Shown here: piece after piece, positions 37,911 through 45,057 of the stretch | How the letters are laid out: every line of letters starts with the position of its first letter | How positions within the stretch are numbered: position 1 is the first letter of the stretch | From: Clostridia bacterium | GTDB taxonomy: Bacteria; Bacillota; Clostridia; Saccharofermentanales; UBA5734 | Assembly: GCA_040776905.1 (NCBI GenBank) | Contig: JAXGZQ010000004.1 | Location: 13,667-77,666, forward strand | DNA: 64,000 nucleotides | Direction: 5' to 3' | The notes under the pieces: model-generated | Seen by the model: the letters and a program-made list of their open reading frames with translations, nothing else | Database searches by the model: none | Told to the model about the DNA's origin: nothing | Made by a program: the position numbers and the translations under genes

Positions 37911-37962
37911 TCATTTGAGCCGTTTAGCTGGTCATGAGACACCATCAATTTCAGGAGGAGCG

Positions 37963-39195
37963 ATGAGCATGGACTTATTTCAAAAATGCGACGATTTCAC
38001 ACGGGTCGATCAAGCAAAAGCATTAGGGCTGTATCCATATTTCCACATGCTGACCTCCGGTCAGGATACAGAAGTCGACATGGACGGACATCGCACCCTC
38101 ATGTTTGGCTCCAATAATTATCTGGGGCTGACTTCCGACCCCCGGGTCAAAGAAGCTTCAATCAAGGCAGTGGAAAAATATGGATCCGGCTGTTCCGGTT
38201 CCCGCTTTCTCAATGGCACGCTTGATCTGCACGTCGAGCTGGAAGCGGCTCTGGCCAGATTTCTTCAGAAAGAGGACGCCCTTGTCGTCTCAACAGGCTT
38301 CCAGACGAACCTTTCGATCATATCCGCCATCACCGGCCGCAATGACTATATTCTTTCAGATGCCATGAATCACGCCAGTATTGTAGATGGTACACGCTTG
38401 TCGTTTGCCAAGACGCTCAAGTTCAAACACAGTGATATGGACGATCTGGAACGTTTACTGATCCACTGTGCCGCCGACGAGAAAGCCGGCATCCTGATTG
38501 TAACCGATGGTGTGTTCAGCATTGAGGGCGAAATCTGCAAATTGCCGGATATTGTCCGTCTGGCTGGGAAATATGGCGCACGTGTCATGGTGGACGATGC
38601 CCATGCGATCGGTGTTCTCGGCCAACACGGGCGCGGGACAGCTGAATATTTCGGCTTGAATGATGGCGTTGATATTATCATGAACACCTTTTCAAAAACA
38701 CTGGCGTCTCTGGGCGGCTGCATCGCGGCCAGCAAAAAGGTGATTGACTATATCAAGCACAATGCCCGGCCATTCATCTTCAGCGCGTCCATCGCACCGG
38801 CCCAGGTCGCGGCCGCACGCGAAGCGCTGCGGATTCTTGAAAACGAACCTCAGCGTGTTCACCGGCTCAACGAGATCGCCGCTTATATGAAGCGTGGACT
38901 GAGCCAATTGCCCAATGTCCATATTTTTGACAATGGCAATGATATCGTCCCGATCGTACCGATCCTGACCGGTTCGATCGGACGGACGCTATATACCGCC
39001 CATCTTCTGCTGGAAAACGGAGTTTATGTTAACCCGGTCCTGCCCCCCGCGGTTCATAAAGATTCCTGTCTGCAGCGCACAAGCTATTCCGCGACCCACA
39101 CAAACGCCCAGCTGGATGAAGGAATTGCCATTATCAATAACGTGTTGACCCAGATCGCCGAGATGACGGATGTCAACTTCGATATTGATCTTTGA
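37963..39195 (+). CDS. Alpha-oxoamine synthase family PLP enzyme, serine palmitoyltransferase-like
   Basis: ATG 37963 sits behind GGAGGAG. LGLYPYFH...QDTEVDMDG...MFGSNNYLGLT...KYGSGCSGSRFLNGT and the PLP-Lys block NTFSKTLASLGG resemble SPT/CFAT more than BioF or Kbl. Confidence 0.75.
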   Translation: MSMDLFQKCDDFTRVDQAKALGLYPYFHMLTSGQDTEVDMDGHRTLMFGSNNYLGLTSDPRVKEASIKAVEKYGSGCSGSRFLNGTLDLHVELEAALARFLQKEDALVVSTGFQTNLSIISAITGRNDYILSDAMNHASIVDGTRLSFAKTLKFKHSDMDDLERLLIHCAADEKAGILIVTDGVFSIEGEICKLPDIVRLAGKYGARVMVDDAHAIGVLGQHGRGTAEYFGLNDGVDIIMNTFSKTLASLGGCIAASKKVIDYIKHNARPFIFSASIAPAQVAAAREALRILENEPQRVHRLNEIAAYMKRGLSQLPNVHIFDNGNDIVPIVPILTGSIGRTLYTAHLLLENGVYVNPVLPPAVHKDSCLQRTSYSATHTNAQLDEGIAIINNVLTQIAEMTDVNFDIDL

Positions 39196-39302
39196 TCACT
39201 TGAACAACGGCTGAATCACCCGGGCTTTGCGCGCGATCAAAACATCACAATAAGACTCATGGAAAAGGGCTCCGGTATTTGATTGAAATGAGGACTGTCA
39301 AT

Positions 39303-40427
39303 ATGAGCGGCACGGTTGATCTCTTCGGTCAATTTTTTCAAAACATCGAAGATGAGGAAAAGCGAATGAAAACAGCCAACCTGATGGTCATCGGTAAAAC
39401 CGGTGTCGGCAAGAGCACATTGATCAACTGTGTCTTCCGGGATGATCTCGCTGACACGGGGGTTGGAACCCCCGTCACACGACATCTGCAGAAAATCACA
39501 AAGCCCGGCATTCCCCTGACCCTTTACGATACCAAGGGAATTGAACTGGATCAGGCCGTTCAGGCCGAAATCAAGCATGAGATTCTCGATGAAATCAACC
39601 GGCTGATCCAGCAAAATGAAAAAGAACACCTGATCCACATGATCTGGTTTTGCATCAACAGCCTGTCCAGGCGGATTGAAGAGGTTGAGGTCGAATGGAT
39701 CCGTTCATTCGCCGATAAAATTCCGGTCATCATTGTTCTGACGCAATGCGTCGGCGTTGACTACAAGGAGCTGGAGAACTATATCCGGGATCTCAATCTT
39801 CCGGTCAGAAATGTCCGGCCGGTGCTGGCACACGACATGCCAATCACTGACGAATACACATTACCATCTTTCGGCCTTAAAGAACTGGTCGACACCACGT
39901 TCGACTGTCTGCCGGAAGCCGCCCATGCCGCGTTCATCAATGCCCAGAAGGTCAACATAGAACGTAAACTCGATACCGCCAATAAAGCGGTGCTGCCGTT
40001 TGTCACCGCGGCATTCGCGGAAGGCTTCAATCCGCTCCCCTTTGCCGACGCGGCTCTGCTGGTCCCCACTCAGCTGGCGATGCTGGCCAGGCTGACCGTC
40101 ATCTTTGGTGTCCCGATCAATAAATCACTGATGACCAGCACGATCTCAGGGGTCTTGGGCACTGGCGGCGCGACGCTGCTCGGCAGAACCATCGTGGCCA
40201 ATATTGTCAAGTTCATCCCGGGTGTCGGAACAGTCGCCGGAGGAACCATCAGCGGAACAACGGCGGCCATGATCACAGCGGCGCTTGGCTTCGCCTACAA
40301 CCGGGTGATGGTGAACATGGCCAAACGGCTCTATTCCGGCAAGACGATCACAGAAAAAGAAATGGTCGATCTCATGAAGGAAGCTTACAGCGAGCAGATG
40401 AGAAAAGGAAAAGACTTGCTTAAATGA
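39303..40427 (+). CDS. P-loop GTPase with a C-terminal DUF697-like membrane domain
   Basis: GKTGVGKSTLIN (G1) and YDTKG (G3). The C-terminal 140 aa are Gly/Ala-rich and hydrophobic. I place the start at ATG 39303. Confidence 0.7.
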   Translation: MSGTVDLFGQFFQNIEDEEKRMKTANLMVIGKTGVGKSTLINCVFRDDLADTGVGTPVTRHLQKITKPGIPLTLYDTKGIELDQAVQAEIKHEILDEINRLIQQNEKEHLIHMIWFCINSLSRRIEEVEVEWIRSFADKIPVIIVLTQCVGVDYKELENYIRDLNLPVRNVRPVLAHDMPITDEYTLPSFGLKELVDTTFDCLPEAAHAAFINAQKVNIERKLDTANKAVLPFVTAAFAEGFNPLPFADAALLVPTQLAMLARLTVIFGVPINKSLMTSTISGVLGTGGATLLGRTIVANIVKFIPGVGTVAGGTISGTTAAMITAALGFAYNRVMVNMAKRLYSGKTITEKEMVDLMKEAYSEQMRKGKDLLK

Positions 40428-41422
40428 AACTGTACGCGGTGTTGGTCATCGCGGTCGCGCTGCTGCTGTCCAGCTGCGGAGCGCCATCTGTGGAAACGAC
40501 TGAAACGTCTGTTGCCAGGCAGCCAGCAGAACCATCACCTGAAATCATGGAGACAACCGCAGGCGAAATAGAGCCGGTTGTTACCGCGAAACGAGACTAT
40601 TCAATCATGCTGAAACGAGACATCTTTGTCCTGATGATGGCTTATCCGGACCATGTGACCGGAGCTGAACAGGCCGACAATCAAGTCTGGCTGGTCATGA
40701 AATCCGGCCAGCGTATTCTCTACGATGACCAGAAAGAGAAATCGGATGATGAAAAGCTGGTCGACGCGGATCTTCAGGATGCACTTGAGACGCACTATCC
40801 GTTAGACGAACTCAACACTCTCATGGATCCCGGAATGGATCCGGGCCGGGTCAGGGCCTATCCACTGTTTGATGAAATCTATGGCCATTCGCAGGACACG
40901 ATCTCAAAAAAACTGGTCCCGGTCGACTTCGGGAATGAACATCTGCCGTTCACCCGGGAAGCCGGCGCAGCCGCAGCGCTTGCGTCTGCTGCAGCGGGTG
41001 CGGCCGATCTGATCTTCGATCAGCCGGACATCGCGGAATTCCTTTATCCGACCAGCGGAACATTTAATTACCGGGTTATCGCCGGAACGAACCGGCTGAG
41101 TCCCCATGCCTATGGCATCGCCATCGACCTCAAGAGCAGTGCGGATGGCTACTGGCGCTGGGCCGAGCCTGATGCCGGCGAAGAACTCATCCGGCACTAT
41201 CCCGCGGATCTTGTTCGCCTGTTCGAAAAACACGGCTTCATCTGGGGCGGTAAATGGCATCATTTCGATATTTTCCATTTTGAATACCGCCCGGAGTTGA
41301 TCCTCAAAGCGACGTATTTCTCAACAAAGATTGATCCAGCCCGACCTTGGCATGACGGTGTCGACACCGATAATGAAACCATTCGTAAAGTGATCAAACA
41401 GATTGACAAGAGCCTTGGTTGA
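40424..41422 (+). CDS. M15-family (VanY-like) metallopeptidase lipoprotein
   Basis: Lipobox LLLSSCG, plus HAYGIAIDL and GGKWHHFDIFHFEY metal-ligand motifs. There is an ATGA overlap with the GTPase stop. Confidence 0.75.
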   Translation: MKLYAVLVIAVALLLSSCGAPSVETTETSVARQPAEPSPEIMETTAGEIEPVVTAKRDYSIMLKRDIFVLMMAYPDHVTGAEQADNQVWLVMKSGQRILYDDQKEKSDDEKLVDADLQDALETHYPLDELNTLMDPGMDPGRVRAYPLFDEIYGHSQDTISKKLVPVDFGNEHLPFTREAGAAAALASAAAGAADLIFDQPDIAEFLYPTSGTFNYRVIAGTNRLSPHAYGIAIDLKSSADGYWRWAEPDAGEELIRHYPADLVRLFEKHGFIWGGKWHHFDIFHFEYRPELILKATYFSTKIDPARPWHDGVDTDNETIRKVIKQIDKSLG

Positions 41423-41487
41423 GGGCAGATCACGTGTCAGTGATAACAGTGTTGGCCGGGTTTCAGATGACAATTCCTCGCTCGATT

Positions 41488-43473
41488 TCAATGGGATTTG
41501 AGCTGTGGTTTCTTTACTCTCTCACCCAATACCCATGCGAAACAACAAATCGCCGCAGCCGCTGCCAGCAGCAGCCATCCGATCACGAGTCCAAAAGGCC
41601 GTTCATCGTATGGCTCTCCCGTAACCGGAATCTCCGGGTTGTCTGGGAGATGATCCGTTCTGACAGTCAGTCCTTCACTGGCCAGGGATGCCAGTGCGAC
41701 AGGAGTTTCTGCCAGGCGGACATAAAAGGTATACACTGTATCCGGTTCCAGACCGGTAAATTCAGGACTGGCCTGCCACTGCCCCTCTCCGTTCCGATAG
41801 TCCGCACCGGGGATCGTCGTCAGAGTCACCGATGCTGCGGTTTTGCCAGCCACAGTTGGCGGTGCCGGTGCTTCTGCTGCTGGCGGGGTGACAATAGGTT
41901 TTGCCAAAACAGAAAGTCCAGCCGATGCCGTTTGCCCACCTACGGCATAGCTGACGATGGTTCGACCCGCTGTGAGTCCTGTAAACAGGTAGCCTTCCCT
42001 TGACAAAACAGTGTGGTCATACGTCCATGTCCCGCCTGCAATATTGGGGGTGACCGTTATTTGTCCACCGGTCGTTATCTCCCCTTCTGAAGGAAGAATC
42101 GCAAGAGCCAGCACCTCATTGATCGTTACAACAGACGATGTACTGATACCATTTACAGAATAGGTGATCGTCGACAGACCTTTTTTCAGCGCCGTAAAGA
42201 CAGCAGAACCTGAAAACGAACCAGTGAAATATTCACTGTCCCACTGCCATGTTCCGCCAGTCGGCAGGGGTTTGAACGTCAGATTTTCGCCCACAACGAT
42301 TACGTTCGCTGAAGGCATCCCCGTGACTACGGTCGTATTGATGATATTCAGTGAAATAAACGGATCAACGCCGTTGGAGAAGTCCAGCTCCAAATCGTGC
42401 TCCCCCAATGGCTGACCGAAGAGATATTCTGCAGATAGTGCCAGGCTGTCATTTGATAAGATGTAATCCGTTCCTGCCGACAGTGCGGTCGTGCCGTTGT
42501 AGATATCCAGCAGGGTCGCGCTGTACGGTTTGATGGCCAGAACAATATCCGTTCCGCCGTTCTTGTCGAAAGTAGCTGAAGTGGGTGTTGCTTCGGGATG
42601 GTTTTTCAGGTAAACGCGGGTGCCGATGCCAGAAAAAATAAGGTAGTCAGCTAAGTCACCTGTTCCGATCCCGTCATAGTCATCTAAAGATTTTTCTTTT
42701 CCCTCTACAACAATGACAACAGGTGCAGTGATGATGCCATCAACGATGATCGTTTCGTTATAAGCACCATTCACACCGGTTCCAGAGGCGTTGATATTGC
42801 CCCTGATGATCACGGACGAACTTTCATCCGAGTAGACACCGTTGCCGGTTTCTGCGACGACATTGCCATTTACAGTAATACGTGCGCTCTTCAAGGCACT
42901 CACACCGTTATGTTTGGAAAGAACATCACCACCAATGACAATCGCCGCACGATCACCAGACAAAACACCTGTGGAATTGGCACCGGTCGATACGGCATTT
43001 CCTACGACAGTGATGCTGCTTCCGGTGCCAAGGGCAGAACACGCGTACAAGGGAGAAATGGCACTCGATACAACAGCAGCGCTCCCACGAACAGAAACAC
43101 CAAAGGTGGTGCCCGAAACGTTGAGACTGCCCGCTCCGGCAATATCAACCGAGCTGCCGCCCTCAACGCTCAGACCGATCCCATCAACCGCCATGTTATT
43201 GATATTCACCGTAAATCCGTTCAGATCAAAGGTAACGGATCGGCCATCATCGATGTTGATCCTGCCGTCATAGTCTATGTTGTTGAGAATTTTAATGGTC
43301 TTGCTTTCGCCACTGCCAACCATGGCAAGCGCTTCTGTGAGCGTTCCGTACTGGAGGACATCCATTTCACACGCATATCCTGATGCCATCGCAGCAGTGG
43401 GAGCAATACATGATATCAGCAAAAGAAAGAGCAGTGATGTCAGTATTTTTTCAACATGGTGCAAATACTTCAA
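41488..43473 (-). CDS. Large cell-surface protein (beta-helix, Ig-like and FN3-like regions, C-terminal membrane anchor or sorting-like signal)
   Basis: Signal peptide KILTSLLFLLLISCIAPTAAMA, Gly/Ser/Asn-rich beta-helix-like repeats, and a C-terminal IPVTGE followed by a hydrophobic stretch and KKPQLKSH. The start is uncertain: only TTG candidates (43473 or 43575), and no clear RBS. Confidence 0.6.
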   Translation of the reverse strand: MKYLHHVEKILTSLLFLLLISCIAPTAAMASGYACEMDVLQYGTLTEALAMVGSGESKTIKILNNIDYDGRINIDDGRSVTFDLNGFTVNINNMAVDGIGLSVEGGSSVDIAGAGSLNVSGTTFGVSVRGSAAVVSSAISPLYACSALGTGSSITVVGNAVSTGANSTGVLSGDRAAIVIGGDVLSKHNGVSALKSARITVNGNVVAETGNGVYSDESSSVIIRGNINASGTGVNGAYNETIIVDGIITAPVVIVVEGKEKSLDDYDGIGTGDLADYLIFSGIGTRVYLKNHPEATPTSATFDKNGGTDIVLAIKPYSATLLDIYNGTTALSAGTDYILSNDSLALSAEYLFGQPLGEHDLELDFSNGVDPFISLNIINTTVVTGMPSANVIVVGENLTFKPLPTGGTWQWDSEYFTGSFSGSAVFTALKKGLSTITYSVNGISTSSVVTINEVLALAILPSEGEITTGGQITVTPNIAGGTWTYDHTVLSREGYLFTGLTAGRTIVSYAVGGQTASAGLSVLAKPIVTPPAAEAPAPPTVAGKTAASVTLTTIPGADYRNGEGQWQASPEFTGLEPDTVYTFYVRLAETPVALASLASEGLTVRTDHLPDNPEIPVTGEPYDERPFGLVIGWLLLAAAAAICCFAWVLGERVKKPQLKSH

Positions 43474-43823
43474 TTTGCTGCAAACACCCGTATGATGACG
43501 ATGATTCGGTTCGGATGTCCAGGTCAGATTGAAACCGATGCTGCCAAACGTTCGTATGTTCCCTCCCCAAAACAAGAAAACCGACCCAATGGCCGGTTAC
43601 GCGGATTGCTCTTGCCTGATTCAAGCGTCCAGATGAAGTCAGACCGTCTTCGCATACATCACTGATTCATATCACTTCAGTATAAACACATTTTAGGCCA
43701 TAACAAGAGCTTGAAGCATAATCATCAGTCATTTTTCAGGGTTTCAGTCGTTAATTACAGGAAAAGGACGGACGCAGCCGAGCGCATCCATGCCGGGGGC
43801 ATTGCTGTGAATCCAACTGGAGG

Positions 43824-43868
43824 CCACAATACAAAAGGCTCCCACAAGGGGAGCCTTTTGTATTGTGT
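43824..43868. terminator. Long bidirectional terminator hairpin at the island border
   Basis: CCACAATACAAAAGGCTCCC-ACAA-GGGGAGCCTTTTGTATTGTG. The GC core stem is flanked by T-runs in both orientations. Confidence 0.7.
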
Positions 43869-44039
43869 ATCTGCACGACGCGTTGGATACAATTTCACGA
43901 TTTGCCTTGGGTGTGTGCACTTTTGCACGATTACTGATTATGACAAATAATATAATATTATTAACATATATCCGATTTTTAAAATATTCTTCTGTTCTTA
44001 TAGCCTGACATTGATGCGTCTAGTCAATAATTTGAGATA

Positions 44040-44771
44040 TTACCAATCTTTCCACGCGTAGTAATATTTTATACCGCCTTGTTTTCCTTGATTGCTAACA
44101 ACAACAAAAATCACCATTTTTTGATTGCCAGAACCTTTTGGCGCAGCAATTGACACTTCTTTATTTGCCTGGCCTATTATAATCTTTCCGTTATTGATTG
44201 TTGCAGAGCAAGTGCCTTCACCATTGATGTCCCGCAATGCCTGATTGGTTGCTGATCCTAATGGTGTGTTTTCCGAACCCAGATAAGCATAGACATTAAC
44301 ACCGCTAAAATTGGTCCATTTCCGCTCGAATCTTTTTATGGCAGCAGATAAATCGAGTCGGATTGTATGACCGGCAAAATACTCTTTTTCAGGTGAAGAC
44401 CAACTGCCATAAGTGTCGATCGTTTCGACGCCACCGGTTCCTGTCCGAACCATGTTGAGACTAATCGAATTCTTGCTTGATGAAAATCCATATTCAATTA
44501 GATCCTTTTGGTCACCTATCGTTTGATTCTGAGGAACGATAATTTGCACATCATATTGTTCCCAATAGCCATCCTGGGCATTCTGAGTTGTCGTCGGTTC
44601 TGCAGTTGTTAAGGCATTTGTGTTTGTGGCTGCTTGGGTTAAATCTGAATTGTCTGTAGTTGTTGTATTCTTATCCGCTCCTAATAGTCCCATCATGCCA
44701 AACAAGCTAGTGCAACCAGATAGATTGAACACCAATACAATAAATACCAACATGACTACTGATTTTTTCAT
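44040..44771 (-). CDS. Lipoprotein whose domain is paralogous to the ectodomain of the 45058-47085 protein
   Basis: ATG 44771 sits behind GGAGG. Lipobox FNLSGC and a Thr/Asn-rich linker. The C-terminal ...VSIAAPKGSGNQKMVIFVVV...GGIKYYYAWKD parallels ...KITAIAPEGKRGDRIALRLK...GTDYIYELKD. Confidence 0.6.
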   Translation of the reverse strand: MKKSVVMLVFIVLVFNLSGCTSLFGMMGLLGADKNTTTTDNSDLTQAATNTNALTTAEPTTTQNAQDGYWEQYDVQIIVPQNQTIGDQKDLIEYGFSSSKNSISLNMVRTGTGGVETIDTYGSWSSPEKEYFAGHTIRLDLSAAIKRFERKWTNFSGVNVYAYLGSENTPLGSATNQALRDINGEGTCSATINNGKIIIGQANKEVSIAAPKGSGNQKMVIFVVVSNQGKQGGIKYYYAWKDW

Positions 44772-44806
44772 AGCTTTAAACCTCCTTCCATAATCGGTGT
44801 TTTCTT

Positions 44807-45043
44807 TCACAATTTTCGAGCAGCTAATTTGCTGCGTACTGCATTGAGCTGATTCTTCTGTTTTTCGGCCTCTTTCATTTCTTGTGTTAATTGTTCAATT
44901 ATTCTGGCTGAGTCAAACTTTGTTTTGATATTCTCAAAGGTTTTTTCGGCTTTCGCCACAGGCTGCGCCCAGGGATCATCAGAAAAATCAGCTATTGCCA
45001 GTTTATTCTCCAATTGCCTGTTTAGTCCAAATATTTCGAGCAT
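44807..45043 (-). CDS. Small coiled-coil protein (78 aa)
   Basis: AGGAG RBS and a K/E/Q-rich helical sequence. Its stop overlaps the possible GTG start of the next ORF. Confidence 0.5.
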   Translation of the reverse strand: MLEIFGLNRQLENKLAIADFSDDPWAQPVAKAEKTFENIKTKFDSARIIEQLTQEMKEAEKQKNQLNAVRSKLAARKL

Positions 45044-45057
45044 AATTTTAACACTCC

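Noticed and set aside
43576-43830. Possible c-di-GMP riboswitch or other leader upstream of the surface-protein gene.
   Set aside because: I could not recognise any GEMM-type conserved segments on the minus strand. Only a short imperfect hairpin near 43580-43600 is present.
43711-43950. 79-aa plus-strand ORF in the island border region.
   Set aside because: It has no RBS, runs straight through the 20-bp terminator stem, and ends in extremely AT-rich DNA. It is most likely non-coding.
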